Shown: positions 40,660 to 53,050, counted from the first letter of the stretch. The stretch: DNA of 64,000 nucleotides from an uncultured Holophagales bacterium (GCA_963842525.1 CAWJGT010000009.1:480001-544000), one strand, 5' to 3'. Numbers and translations are program-made. The notes: generated by a model from the letters alone, not told the origin.

Positions 40660-42756
40660 TCAGGTCCGCCGCCGTAGCGTAGCCATGGCTCCCTGCACCT
40701 GCGGGTTGTCCGGCTCCAGCTCCCGCGCCTTCTCCAGGTGGCGCAGCGCCTCGTCTCTTCGCTGGTGGCGGTCGAGGACCAGTGCGTAGAGGGTGAGGAT
40801 GCCGACGTCCTCCTCCCGCCGCCGATAGGCTGCCTCGCAGTCAGCCAGCGCTCCGTGAGCGTTGCCGAGGGAGAGGCGGGCCGCGCAGCGCTGGCGCAGG
40901 ACCAGAGGGTCGTTCGTGCGCTGCTCCAGAGCCCGGCTGGCCAGGTTTTCGGCCGAGGCGGCCCTGCCGAGGCTTCCGAGGATGGCCAGATATTCGGTCA
41001 GGTACAGAGAGGCGTCCTGGCGGAGGAAGGGCCGGCTCGCCAGCCGCGCCAGGCGGCCGGGGAGCCCGCTCCGGGGGGTGAGGAACGGCACCCGCGGCGT
41101 CTCCGCAAGCACGGCCCCTCGCTTTGAAAGTGGCCCGGTCCCGTCCTCGCGCACGAACACCGAGGCTTGCGGGTCGAGGTAGACGAGGCGCCACCGGGGA
41201 TCGCTCCGGATCGCCTCGCCGAGGGGAGACCGCAGGGTCTTCGAGTAGTTGCCGAGGACGGCGGTGCGGAACCCGTAGCGCTCTTCCGCCCGGCGCCAGG
41301 CCGCGGGCTGCGACAACATCTTCTTGTAGTCCGCCACCAGCCGCTCGTCGAGGATGCGGCTGTCGATGAACAGCCGGTAGTCGGGGTGGAGCCGCCAGAC
41401 GAGGTAGCCGCCCGTGGCGAAGTCGTTGAAGATCGGGCCCGGAGGACGGTGCCGCAGGAGGAAGTCCGCCGCCCCCGGGCTCGCGGCCTGCGGGTTGACC
41501 ACGAAGAAGGATGTGCGGGGCGCCCCGGCCTCGAAGTCGGAACGGGCGATCCACAGCCCGGCGCTGGCTGCGAGGAGGAACCCGGCGAAGGCCACGGCCG
41601 CGGCCGGATAGGCGAGGCGGAGGAGGGGCCTGCGGGTCCTGCCGGCGTGCCTAGCACCGGCCGCATCGGCCGCATTGGCGATCCCGGCGAACGCGGTGGC
41701 GATCGCCAGGCCGGTGACATGGCGGACGGCCGTGGCGGCGAGCGCGGCGAGGCCGGCGAAGAGGAGCAGGCGCGTCCAGGCGCGCGGTCCGCGGGCCCAC
41801 CGGAAGCTCCATAGTCCAAGCGCCGCCAGCACCACCCAGGCGACGCGGACGGACAGATCGGACGATGAGAAGACGGGTTGCCACTCCAGCACCAGGGGGT
41901 CGCCGCCCCCGCCGGCGAGCCGCGCCGAGGCCGAGCCGAGGAGAGAGCCCAGCAGCTCCAGGCGGCCGCGGAGGAGGGACGGGTGGGCGAGGGACACCAG
42001 CAGGAGCACCGGGACCAGGCGGACGAGGAAACGCCCGTCGATCGGCGGAGCGGCACCATCCGTCCTACCCCGCCAGGGCCTGCGTTGCTCGATCCAGCTC
42101 CCGGCGGCGTACGTGAGGACCGCGAAGATCCCGAGCGGGTAGCCGCCATGCAGGTTCGCCCACAGGGCCTGGAGCCCGGCGAAGAGGACCCCCTCCCTGC
42201 GCCAGGTGAAGGGGCCCTCCCTTTCGAGGAGACGGCAGTAGACGACCAGCAGCAGCCAGGTGACCAGCTCGGATTTCAGGCTCAGCCGCTGGTGGGCCGC
42301 GGCCAGGACGCCCGCCGTCAACAGCGCATTGACCAGTCCCAGGCGGTCGACCGGCGCTGTGGTGTAGACCAGCGTGATCAGCGCGGCGACCAACAGCGCG
42401 CCGAAGACCACGACGCCTCCGAGGCCGAGGGCGCGATCGAGGAGTGCCACCAGCACCGTCCAGAGCCAGGAGTGGTGGACCCAGCCGCCCGGCTCGTCCG
42501 AGGTGTAGAGGAACGGGTCCCGCTCCGGGATTCCCCCGGTCTCGAGGATGGCCTTGCCGCTGGTCAGGTACCACCAGACGTCCTCGTTCCAGAGATAGCC
42601 CAGGGTGAGCGCACCGGCCACGGCGAGCAGGGGCGCCAGCAGCGCCAGGGAGAAGGGGGTCCAGCGAGGTTTCTCCAGGGAGCCTTCGACCAGCGGCTCC
42701 AGCCGCCGGGACGAGAAACCGGAAGACCGCTTCTTCGGAGACCGTTTGCGCGCCAT
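40660..42756 (-). CDS. Polytopic membrane protein (GT-C-like) with C-terminal TPR
   Basis: [37 protein letters not shown]...GGYL.W, FIDSR, W.LVY.D; TPR tail. Confidence 0.75.
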   Translation of the reverse strand: MARKRSPKKRSSGFSSRRLEPLVEGSLEKPRWTPFSLALLAPLLAVAGALTLGYLWNEDVWWYLTSGKAILETGGIPERDPFLYTSDEPGGWVHHSWLWTVLVALLDRALGLGGVVVFGALLVAALITLVYTTAPVDRLGLVNALLTAGVLAAAHQRLSLKSELVTWLLLVVYCRLLEREGPFTWRREGVLFAGLQALWANLHGGYPLGIFAVLTYAAGSWIEQRRPWRGRTDGAAPPIDGRFLVRLVPVLLLVSLAHPSLLRGRLELLGSLLGSASARLAGGGGDPLVLEWQPVFSSSDLSVRVAWVVLAALGLWSFRWARGPRAWTRLLLFAGLAALAATAVRHVTGLAIATAFAGIANAADAAGARHAGRTRRPLLRLAYPAAAVAFAGFLLAASAGLWIARSDFEAGAPRTSFFVVNPQAASPGAADFLLRHRPPGPIFNDFATGGYLVWRLHPDYRLFIDSRILDERLVADYKKMLSQPAAWRRAEERYGFRTAVLGNYSKTLRSPLGEAIRSDPRWRLVYLDPQASVFVREDGTGPLSKRGAVLAETPRVPFLTPRSGLPGRLARLASRPFLRQDASLYLTEYLAILGSLGRAASAENLASRALEQRTNDPLVLRQRCAARLSLGNAHGALADCEAAYRRREEDVGILTLYALVLDRHQRRDEALRHLEKARELEPDNPQVQGAMATLRRRT

Positions 42757-42814
42757 CGAGGATTCAAAGATAGCATCGAGGCAAGCAGCCTGACGACGCC
42801 TATAATCCCCACCC

Positions 42815-43215
42815 ATGCCCCCCACCCCCGCAACCCACCTCGCCATCGACCCCCGCCTGGTTGGAGAGCCGCTCGACCTCGGCGAGGGGACCGCCCGTGT
42901 GGCCCTGACCACCTTGCCCGAGATGGCGGCGGACGGCCGCGGCCTGGTCCACGGCGGGTTCGTCTTCGGCCTCGCCGACTACGCTGCCATGCTCGCGGTC
43001 AACGACCCCAACGTCGTGCTGGGCGGCGCCGAGGTGCGCTTCCTGAAGCCCGTGATCGTCGGGGAGCGGCTGGTCGCCGAGGCGCATGTGATCGAGGTGA
43101 AAGGACGCCGGCAGCGCGTCGACGTCGTGGTGTCGCGCGACGACGACGTCGTGATGGCGGGCGAGCTCGCCTGCGCCGTCCTCGACCGTCATGTCCTGGA
43201 CCGGGAGGGCCGGAG

Positions 43216-43219
<4 letters not shown>
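42815..43219 (+). CDS. PaaI-family thioesterase
   Basis: [31 protein letters not shown]. Confidence 0.9.
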
Positions 43220-44964
<1,745 letters not shown>

Positions 44965-44979
44965 GGAAAGCCCGCTTCG

Positions 44980-45340
44980 CGGCCGGAGCAAGAGCGAAAC
45001 ACCAGGCAGCCGGCACCCTGGCCGGGCCGTCCGTCGCCCCGAGCACGATCCGCAGCACCAGCACGGCCGCGACGGAGAGGAGGACCGCTTTCGGATAGGG
45101 AGTCGTCGGCGCGATGTCGAGCAGCGCGAAGAAGACCACGACGAACGCCGGATGAGCAGCGTATCGAGCCCTGTGAAGTGGATCGCCAGCCGGCGGGTAC
45201 CGAGGAGTGCGACGGCGACGAGCGCTGTCACGATCAGGGTCGTGAGGCTGGTGGAGAACAGGAGCTTCGCCCAGAGAGCGGCAAAGAGAGAAGCAGCGGC
45301 CAGCCATCCGGCCCACGGGGCGGAGCCCCGGGCGGCGAAC
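44980..45340 (-). pseudogene. Degenerate membrane-protein fragment
   Basis: Hydrophobic stretches in shifting frames (WLAAASLFAALWAKLLFST..., PAFVVVFFALLDIAP...); no clean start or stop. Confidence 0.35.
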
Positions 45341-45842
45341 CGTACGGCGAGTGGGCGGGCGCAGAGCGCGCCGATCCCCGGGAGCGTTGGCGTTGACGAC
45401 GCTCCAGGCATCGCCGCGCAGCCGGCCCGGCATGCCGTTGACGATGCGGGCGGTGAAGCGGCAGGTGCCGCCGGTGGACGGGATTTTTGATCGCAGCCTT
45501 CGCCGAGGTAGACACGGACGGGCAGCGACTTGAGCCGCACGTCGCCGGCGTCGTAGTGCTGGTCCTCGGCCGCTGCTGGTGTCTTTCCCTCCCGGAGCGC
45601 CGTTTCGGCAACTCGTTACCTGGGTCGTGCTCGCCGGCCAAACGACCTCGACCTGCAAGGCCTCAGTCCAAATCGTAGATGGTGACTTCCATGCTGATCG
45701 GCAAGCCGGAGCCAGAACTGTGGTCAAGGTTATGCGCAGTTCCGGGCGGGAGACTTTCGGCTGTAGGAATTCCGGTTTGTAACCTTCCTCTTCGTCCCTG
45801 GATTAATCTTCTATAGAGGGAGAAGATGAAAGGGCCGAGACC

Positions 45843-46490
45843 ATGAGCGAGCCGGAAATAGGACGGCTCGACCCGCAGGTGATCCTGGGTAGGCCGGGGT
45901 TGTCCTGGACGCCGACGGAGGTCGAGGTCATCTGCGATTGGTTGTTTGAGCCATCCCGCTATCGGCAATTCCTGCATTGGGGGGTACGCTTTCTCGGGCA
46001 GTACGCCGTCGCCGAGGACGCCGAGGATGCACTCTCCGAGTTCCTACAGAGCAGGCTGAAGGGAATCATCCGGAAGTTCGATCCTTCCAGGTTGTCCTTC
46101 TCAGGCTATCTCCTGGTCTGCTTCCGTCAGTTTTGCTCGCGTGCTCGCGTCCGCTTGGAGAAACGGGAAACGCGGCGGGCTCCTGGCCTCTGGCTTGTGC
46201 GGGAAGAGGAGCAGCAGACCATCGAGAACAGCCCGGAGCTCATCGTCGACAGTCGATTCGATCTCCACAGGAGTCTCGAAGACAAAGAGCAGGCGGAGGC
46301 GATCCGGCGCGCCCTTAAGGTACTCCCGCCCCAGTATTCGAGCGTGGTCGTCCTCCACCATTTCCAGGGCAAAAGTACAGCCGAAATCGCCCGGGAACTC
46401 GGGATTTCCGAGACAAACGCAAAGGTGAGACTGTTCCGCGCCCGGCATATGCTCTCGGAACGGATTCATGGCGAGGGTAAGAAAAAATGA
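45843..46490 (+). CDS. ECF-type RNA polymerase sigma factor
   Basis: Region 2: EDAEDALSEF...FDPSR.SFSGYL; region 4: ALKVLPPQY..VVVLHHFQGKSTAEIARELGISETNAKVRLFRAR. Confidence 0.9.
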   Translation: MSEPEIGRLDPQVILGRPGLSWTPTEVEVICDWLFEPSRYRQFLHWGVRFLGQYAVAEDAEDALSEFLQSRLKGIIRKFDPSRLSFSGYLLVCFRQFCSRARVRLEKRETRRAPGLWLVREEEQQTIENSPELIVDSRFDLHRSLEDKEQAEAIRRALKVLPPQYSSVVVLHHFQGKSTAEIARELGISETNAKVRLFRARHMLSERIHGEGKKK

Positions 46491-48115
46491 ACGCCAGAAA
46501 CACAAAAAAGCATCTTCCGGACCTGCTGGCGGGCCTTCGCCTGTCGCCCCTGGAGAGGGTGGGGGATCATCTGACCGCCGAAGAGTTCGTCGGCTTCATG
46601 TTGGTCGAGGAGCACATTGCCACCTGCCCGAACTGCGCCGAGGAGGTGGAACAACTGACTGAGGCGGCAGAGGTGTGGCGGACTCCGGAGGCGGATAGCC
46701 GTCGCCTTGAGTTGCGCGACCGGATCAAGGAATCCTTGGCGGCGCAGCACGGCGGCCGGTATGGGGCAATCTTCCGTCCGGTCCGCCCGGAGCCAAGCCC
46801 CGATCCGGGACGTAGCACCAAAGAGTTCGGGACGTGGACAGAGCGCCCGGTCCCCTCCACTCGCCGGGCAGGACCGTTTCGCGTGTCCGCCAAGCCTGTG
46901 GTAGCCATCGATATCGGCTCCTCCAAGGTGGCGGTTCTCATCGGCCAGGTCGACAGCCGGGGAGATCTGGAGATCATCGGTAGGGGCCTAGCACCCAACC
47001 GGGGCACCCGGAAGGGGAACATCGTCAACGTCGAAGCGACCGTTGAGGCCCTCAAGGCGGCAGTCGAGGAGGCCGAAGTGATGGCCGGTGTTGAGATTTT
47101 TCGCGCCTATGTCGGGATAGCTGGTGCCGATGTCCGGAGTGTCAACTCGAAGGGCATGGTCTCCGTCGCCCGGAGCGACCAAGAGATCACCCGGGAGGAC
47201 ATCCTGCGGGTTCTCGACACGGCGAAGTCGGCTGCATTGCCGTCCGACCGCGAGATCCTCCACGTCGTGCCGCAGGAGTTTATCGTCGACGAGCAGGGCG
47301 GCATCGACGACCCGCTCGGCATGCTCGGCACGCGCCTCGAGGTCATGGTCCATCTCGTGACCGGCAACATCACTCGGTCGCGGACGCTCCTGACCTGCGT
47401 CAACCGGGCCGGCATCGAAGTCGTCGAGATGGTTTTCGAGCCGCTCGCCACGGCCGAGGCCGTGCTCACCCAGGACGAGCGCGAGCTCGGCGCCCTGCTG
47501 GTCGACGTCGGCGCTGGCACCACTGAATACGCCCTCTTCTCGAAGGGGGAGATCCAGTACAGCGGCGTGGCGCCGATCGGCGCCGGCCATTTCACCAACG
47601 ATCTGGCCATGGTGCTGCGCACGCCGTTCGCCGAGGCCGAGCGCATCAAGACCAAGCAGGGATGCTGCCTGCCGAGCATGGTCACCAACGACGAGGGGAT
47701 CGCGGTGCCGACTGTGGCGGGTAGCACATCGCGGATCGTCCCCAAGCGCGAGCTGTGCGAGATCCTGCAGCCGCGCGCCGAGGAACTGTTCAGCCTCCTA
47801 CGCGAGGACCTGCTCAAGCACTCGCCCGACGAGGACTTGCGCGGCGGCGTCGTGCTCACCGGCGGCGGCGCACAGCTCGATGGCCTGCTCGAACTCGCCG
47901 AGCAGATCTTCGACGCGGGCGTGCGCTACGGGCTGCCGCGCGGCCTGGGGGGACTGGTTGACGTGATCAGCAGCCCCTCCTGGTCGGCGGCCTCGGGACT
48001 GCTCCTCTATGCCCTCATCGCCGAGGAAGTGCAGCCACGGCCGCGGCAGAAGTCCGGGTTCGGCGTGCGCGGATTCGTGTCTTTTCTGCGAGGTATTTTC
48101 TCCGGGCTGCTGTAA
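46487..48115 (+). CDS. ftsA: Cell division protein FtsA with N-terminal zinc-finger anti-sigma-like extension
   Basis: ~135 aa extension with HLT.EEF...EEHIATCPNCAEEV; FtsA core IDIGSSK, NSKGMV, EILHVVPQEF.VD, PLGM.G.RLE, VDVGAGTT, GHFTNDLA, AERIK, LTGGGAQL; C-terminal amphipathic helix. Confidence 0.92.
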   Translation: MNARNTKKHLPDLLAGLRLSPLERVGDHLTAEEFVGFMLVEEHIATCPNCAEEVEQLTEAAEVWRTPEADSRRLELRDRIKESLAAQHGGRYGAIFRPVRPEPSPDPGRSTKEFGTWTERPVPSTRRAGPFRVSAKPVVAIDIGSSKVAVLIGQVDSRGDLEIIGRGLAPNRGTRKGNIVNVEATVEALKAAVEEAEVMAGVEIFRAYVGIAGADVRSVNSKGMVSVARSDQEITREDILRVLDTAKSAALPSDREILHVVPQEFIVDEQGGIDDPLGMLGTRLEVMVHLVTGNITRSRTLLTCVNRAGIEVVEMVFEPLATAEAVLTQDERELGALLVDVGAGTTEYALFSKGEIQYSGVAPIGAGHFTNDLAMVLRTPFAEAERIKTKQGCCLPSMVTNDEGIAVPTVAGSTSRIVPKRELCEILQPRAEELFSLLREDLLKHSPDEDLRGGVVLTGGGAQLDGLLELAEQIFDAGVRYGLPRGLGGLVDVISSPSWSAASGLLLYALIAEEVQPRPRQKSGFGVRGFVSFLRGIFSGLL

Positions 48116-48151
48116 GGACGGGAGCTGACTAGAAGCCGTGAGGTTAGGACC

Positions 48152-49420
48152 ATGATCCTGTTCGATGAAGACAGAACTCCTGAGGCAGTGGGGCCTGAGA
48201 GGCCGTGCGCCCCACAGGCGGAGGGCTCAGTTGTTCACATCAAGGTTATAGGCGTCGGGGGGGGGGGTGGCAACGCGGTTAATCGCATGATTGACGCCCG
48301 GCTCCGCGGAGTCGAGTTCATTGCCATCAACACCGACCTGCAGGCGCTGAACAAATGCCGGGCACCGGTGAAGCTCCCGATCGGCAAGTTGCTCACCAAA
48401 GGTCTCGGAGCTGGCGCTGACCCCGAGATTGGACGCAAGGCGGTCCTGGAGGATACTGAGGAAATCCTCAAGGTACTCGAAGGAGCGGATATGGTCTTCC
48501 TCACGGCTGGCCTGGGCGGCGGCACCGGCACGGGCGCAGTACCGATCATCGCCTCCCTGGCGGCCGAGGTCGGAGCGCTGACCGTGGCGGTGGTCACCAA
48601 ACCCTTCGGCTTCGAGGGCCGGCGCCGCATGCAATTGGCCGAGTGCGGGATCGAGGATCTGCGCAATTCGGTCGATACGCTGATCGCCATCCCCAACGAG
48701 CGCCTGCTCAACTTCGTCGAAAGGGGCACGCCGCTTTCCGAAGCCTTCCGCATCGCCGACGACGTACTGCGCCAAGCGGTGCAGGGCATCGGCGACCTGA
48801 TCACCATCCCGGGCGAGGTCAACGTCGATTTTGCGGACGTGCGGACGATCATGACCGGCATGGGCATGGCGCTGATGGGCACGGGCTTCGCGAAGGGCGA
48901 GCATCGGGCGATCGAGGCGGCGCAGCGGGCGATCTCCTCACCGCTGCTCGAAGAGACTTCGATCCAGGGCGCCAAGGGTGTGCTGATCAACATCTCCGGA
49001 GGCCTCGACCTGACGCTGCACGAAGTGGCCGAGGCGGCGCGCATCATCGCCGACGCGGTCGATCCGGATGCCAACATCATCTCAGGCATGGTGATCGATC
49101 CGCAGCTCGAAGAGACGATGAAGGTGACCGTCATCGCGACCGGCTTCGAACGCAGCCTCGACGTCGTCCGGCCATTGCCACCAGTGGTGAGCGTCCCGCG
49201 TTCGCTCTCCGCGCAGCCGGCCTACAACGCCCCATCGCCGGCCCCGGCGCTCGCCGCAGCCGCCGAGAGGGAGGAACCCGAGCGTTCGGCCGCGGACGTG
49301 CCGTTCTACCGCAAGGCCATCGCGCACCTGCGAGGGGACGACCCAAACGGCTTCGGCCCTAACTGGTTGAACGTGGACGACTACGATATTCCGACCGTGC
49401 TGAGGAAGCAGATGGATTGA
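48152..49420 (+). CDS. ftsZ: Cell division protein FtsZ
   Basis: [52 protein letters not shown] (T7 loop), VTVIATGF, tail [10 protein letters not shown]. Confidence 0.97.
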   Translation: MILFDEDRTPEAVGPERPCAPQAEGSVVHIKVIGVGGGGGNAVNRMIDARLRGVEFIAINTDLQALNKCRAPVKLPIGKLLTKGLGAGADPEIGRKAVLEDTEEILKVLEGADMVFLTAGLGGGTGTGAVPIIASLAAEVGALTVAVVTKPFGFEGRRRMQLAECGIEDLRNSVDTLIAIPNERLLNFVERGTPLSEAFRIADDVLRQAVQGIGDLITIPGEVNVDFADVRTIMTGMGMALMGTGFAKGEHRAIEAAQRAISSPLLEETSIQGAKGVLINISGGLDLTLHEVAEAARIIADAVDPDANIISGMVIDPQLEETMKVTVIATGFERSLDVVRPLPPVVSVPRSLSAQPAYNAPSPAPALAAAAEREEPERSAADVPFYRKAIAHLRGDDPNGFGPNWLNVDDYDIPTVLRKQMD

Positions 49421-49920
49421 TGGAGAAGATTGTGAATCGAGGTCGCCATCCGATGCTCCAACTCGAGCTTACTGACTCCTCGGCATCCGCTGCTAACCAA
49501 CCCCGCTGTCGAGGGAAGCAGTACGCCGCGGACTTCTTCATCTGTCACGCTTACGAGGACTGCGACTTCGCCGAGCTCCTCAAGATGAAGATCGAGGAGA
49601 GAGGCTACACGGCTTGGGTCGACACCGAAAGGCTCCGAGCCGGCAAGGATTGGCGGAGTGAGATCGACGAGGGAATCAGGGGTTGCTGTGCACTGATCGT
49701 GATTATGAGCCCAAATGCCAGGAAGTCGGAGTACGTGACCTATGAATGGGCCTTTGCATGGGGAGTGGGAGTCAAGGTGATTCCGATAGTGCTCAAGCCG
49801 ACGCCTCTGCATCCACGGCTTGAGGCGCTGCAGTATTTAGACTTCACAAACCGGGCGGGCCGGCCCTGGTCACGGCTCCTCGAAATGCTTGATGACGAGG
49901 CCCGGCAGGTGATTGGATAG
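49420..49920 (+). CDS. Stand-alone TIR-domain protein
   Basis: FFICHAYED, W.D...L.AG.DW..EI..GI, IVIMSP...KSEYVTYEW (putative catalytic Glu), VIPI, LQYLDF; TGATG overlap with the ftsZ stop. Confidence 0.88.
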   Translation: MEKIVNRGRHPMLQLELTDSSASAANQPRCRGKQYAADFFICHAYEDCDFAELLKMKIEERGYTAWVDTERLRAGKDWRSEIDEGIRGCCALIVIMSPNARKSEYVTYEWAFAWGVGVKVIPIVLKPTPLHPRLEALQYLDFTNRAGRPWSRLLEMLDDEARQVIG

Positions 49921-50071
49921 CTGGAACCTTCAGGTCCGGCCTCCACGGCTCAGGAGAGTGCGCGGGAGGACGCGAAAGATCGCTGCGGAGGAAACGGGTA
50001 CGGAGGCGGGCACCTCTTCCATGAACGACGCCGGGAGGCATTTGGCTTTAGGCAAGTCGTGCCCGCCTCAC

Positions 50072-50254
50072 CTACCGCTTCTGATCGCCCCGGTCCCCTT
50101 GGCCCTTCGGAACCGTCGTCTTCGCTTTCTTTTTCCGATTCTGGCTGAGAGATTTGCCGACGTCGACCACTTCGGCGAACTGGCCTTTCTCGTTGCGCCG
50201 GACGTAGCGCTTGTCCGTTCCCGTGTCGATGAGCTCGCGCTTGGATGCTGCCAT
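50072..50254 (-). CDS. Small basic conserved hypothetical protein
   Basis: RELIDTGTDKRYVRR..KGQF...DVGKSL...GQGDRGD; RBS aggag. Confidence 0.75.
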   Translation of the reverse strand: MAASKRELIDTGTDKRYVRRNEKGQFAEVVDVGKSLSQNRKKKAKTTVPKGQGDRGDQKR

Positions 50255-50277
50255 GAGGTCTCCTTTCGGTCTTTATT

Positions 50278-50851
50278 TTATGCCGCCTTGTGGCTCAGGA
50301 GGCAGAGGGCATGGCCCTCGAGCTCTTCGGCGCGGTGGGTGGCGGTGTGCTCGCGCAGGACCCTGGCGCGGGCCCTCTGGCCGAGGGCGCGACGCTCGGG
50401 CTCTGGGATGTCCCGCAGGTAGCACAGGACGTCACCGGCGTGGCGCACGGTGAGGATCTCCTCGCCGATCTTGCAAAAGGAGCCGAGGCCCGGCCAGGAG
50501 TCGGAGAGGATCGGCGTTCCGCAGGCCGCGGCCTCGAAGAGCCGCACGCTTGGCAACCAGCCGGCCGCGATCATGTCGGCCCGCGTCATGGTCAAGCTGA
50601 AGCGCTGGGCGTTGTAGAAGCGCCGGTGTTTGGCGGGCGCCAAGTGCTGGAACCGCTTGACGCTCTTCGGCCAACGGATCGCCTTCGGATATTGTGGACC
50701 GGCCACCACGAAGCGCCCTTCGCTCCAGCGGCGCGCCGGCTCCACCAGCAGCCGGTCCAGCGGTCGGCTGGCGGTCGTCGCTGTAGGTGCCCATGTAGCC
50801 GAGGTCCCAGCGGTGCTCCACCTCTTCCGGATAGTAGGGGTCGGGATCGAG
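50278..50851 (-). pseudogene. CgeB-family glycosyltransferase 3' fragment
   Basis: DP..Y.P....WDLGYMGTYSDDRQP (frameshift) ...VAGPQYP...PSVRLFEAAACGTPILSD.W.GL...HT..HRA; 5' part cut at the repeat junction. Confidence 0.8.
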
Positions 50852-51798
50852 CAAGCGGAAGGAAGCGCTGCGCGAGGCCGACCTGGTCCTCCTCGCGGGC
50901 ATCCCGAGCGACTTCCGCCTCGACTATGGCCGCCAGGTCGGCCGCAAGACCGAGCTGATCTCGGTCAACCGCAGCGAAGAAGACCTGCGGAAGAACCGCA
51001 AGCCGGACCTCGCCGTCCATGCCGATCCCGCCCTCTTCCTGCGCGGCCTCGCCGTGGAGCTCGGTGCAGAGAAAGGCGAGCGCTGGAAGGAGTGGCTCGG
51101 GGACCTGCGCACCCGCGACCTGCAGCGCGAGCGGGAGATCGGCCAGCAGGCCCAAGTCGCCCCGGAGGCCCCGGAGACCACGGAGACCCCGGAGAGCCCG
51201 GAGAGCCCGGAAGACACCGAGCTGGTCAACCCCATCCACCTCTGCCGCGAGATCGACCGCCTGCTCGCGCCGGACAGCGTCCTGGTGGCCGACGGCGGCG
51301 ACTTCGTGGCCACCGCCGCCTACACCGTGAGCCCGCGCAAACCCCTCTCCTGGCTCGACCCGGGCGTCTTCGGCACCCTGGGGGTCGGCGGCGGCTTCGC
51401 CCTGGGCGCCAAGCTCTGCCGGCCCGAGGCGGACGTCTGGATCCTCTACGGCGACGGCTCCGTGGCCTACAGCCTGGCCGAGCTCGACTCCTTCGCCCGC
51501 CACGGCGTCCCCGTCCTGGCGGTCGTCGGCAACGACGCCGCCTGGATGCAGATCGCCCGCGAGCAGATCGAGATCTTCAAGGACGACGTCGGCGTCGTCC
51601 TCGCCCGCACCGACTACCACAAGGTCGCAGAGGGCTACGGCGGCCGGGGCCTGGTGGTGACCCGGAACGCCGACGTCCGCGCCGTCCTCGAAGAGGCCCT
51701 CGCCCTCGTCCGCGCCGGCCACCCGATGCTGGTCAACGCCCACCTCGCAAAGACCGAGTTCCGCAAGGGCTCGATCTCGATGTAAGGAAAGCCCGCTT
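50852..51798 (+). pseudogene. Second, diverged 3' fragment of the TPP-enzyme gene (right repeat copy)
   Basis: Matches 44067-44977 with scattered SNPs and four extra 9-bp units (gagaccccg-like); lacks the N-terminal half. Confidence 0.92.
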
Positions 51799-52256
51799 TG
51801 CGCGCGCCGCGAAAGCCTTGGGGCAGTCATTGCCCTTCGGACGTGTGCCGCAGGACCCTGACAGTTTCGAGACGGACCTGGCCAGCAAAAGGCGACGTCT
51901 CTCCAATCAATTTGGCGCTCTGCCCAATGTGCCGCCGAACGATCCAGTCTTGCCGCCAAGTGGTGGCAGACCATTGCGGCATACCTGGAGCTAGTTAGAG
52001 AATTGGATTTGAAGCCTCAAAACGGGTATGATATGCCGCGAACAGTCGGCAAGCTCTCCCGAGTTTGGACGGGCCATGCCGCCTATTGCAGGAGACTCGC
52101 GGCAAATTGACCGGGAGTGGCACTCTCCAGTCCGGCAGTCGATACCTGCCTGGGTCTGGAAGACGGACGCTGGACCGGACCGCCCAGTAGCTGGCGCAAA
52201 GTCGCAGCCGGAGAGCCGCGAGTCGCCGCTCGTTGTTCGGGACAGGAGGAGGGTTG

Positions 52257-52763
52257 ATGCGAGCCAACCGATCCATTGCCGACCTTGTAGCCCGATTGGA
52301 GGCCCAGGCCGCCTTCCATCGGGAGCGGGAGGCCCTTCATGCCAAGCAGGAAGACCTGCACCGGCAGCAGCGCACCCACCACGCTGCCGAGCTCGAGCAG
52401 ATCGCCGTACGCCTGGACGCCTTCCGGTCCGCCTCCGCCGCCGTCCTGGAGCTCGCCGACCGGATCGTGCCTCCCGACCCTGGAGAAGACGGCGAGGACT
52501 TCGGCCCCGCCTACCGTCCCCGGCTCGGCCGGATGGTCAAGAGAGTGATCGAAGGCCTAGGCGAAACCGGCCGCTTCGGCCCCGCCTGGGTCACCAGCGA
52601 GATCAACCGCCGCTTCGGCCAGGGCCTCCGCAAACCCGTCAAGGCCCGCCAGATCTCGGTCGTCCTCCGCCGCATGCACCGCTACGGCCGCATCCACCTC
52701 GTCCGCGAGGGCCGCCCGCACCACGAGGCGCTGTACAGCCGGACGGCGGGTGGGGCGCGTTGA
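52257..52763 (+). CDS. Hypothetical protein (coiled coil + possible winged helix)
   Basis: Strong RBS aggagga; heptad N-half; basic C-half ending ...LRRM...GRIHLVREG...EALY. Confidence 0.65.
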   Translation: MRANRSIADLVARLEAQAAFHREREALHAKQEDLHRQQRTHHAAELEQIAVRLDAFRSASAAVLELADRIVPPDPGEDGEDFGPAYRPRLGRMVKRVIEGLGETGRFGPAWVTSEINRRFGQGLRKPVKARQISVVLRRMHRYGRIHLVREGRPHHEALYSRTAGGAR

Positions 52764-52837
52764 CTCTGTAGAATAGGGGCCATGATTCCCCGATTCTCGT
52801 GGAATCTTCTTGACCCGACCCAGCGAGGCGACACCCC

Positions 52838-53050
52838 ATGAGCGCGAAGCCCCGAACCGCCACCCTGGAAACGGAAGTGCCTGCCCACCTGCTCGGCCAG
52901 ATGAAGTCGCTCGTAGAGTCTGGATGGTTCCGGGACCTCGACGAGATTGTCGTGCATGCCTTGCGGCGTTTTCTGGATTCCCACCGCAGTGACCTGATGG
53001 AGGAGCTCATCCGGGAGGACGTGGAGTGGGGCCTCCATGGAGCCGATTGA
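52838..53050 (+). CDS. CopG/RHH-like antitoxin
   Basis: EVP..L..QM.SLVESGWF....EIV..ALRRFL; overlaps the downstream PIN gene. Confidence 0.7.
   Translation: MSAKPRTATLETEVPAHLLGQMKSLVESGWFRDLDEIVVHALRRFLDSHRSDLMEELIREDVEWGLHGAD

Noticed and set aside
45778-45815. TGTAAC upstream of the sigma gene as an autoregulated ECF promoter
   Set aside because: A plausible -35, but no convincing -10 at the expected spacing; not supportable by eye.
44978-50851. Prophage or ICE identity for the ftsAZ cargo
   Set aside because: No integrase, relaxase, or phage structural or replication genes. The FtsZ is canonical, not PhuZ/TubZ-like.
51800-52250. Possible ncRNA or ORF to the right of the duplicated gene end
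   Set aside because: No recognisable RNA family, and the ORFs lack motifs or an RBS.
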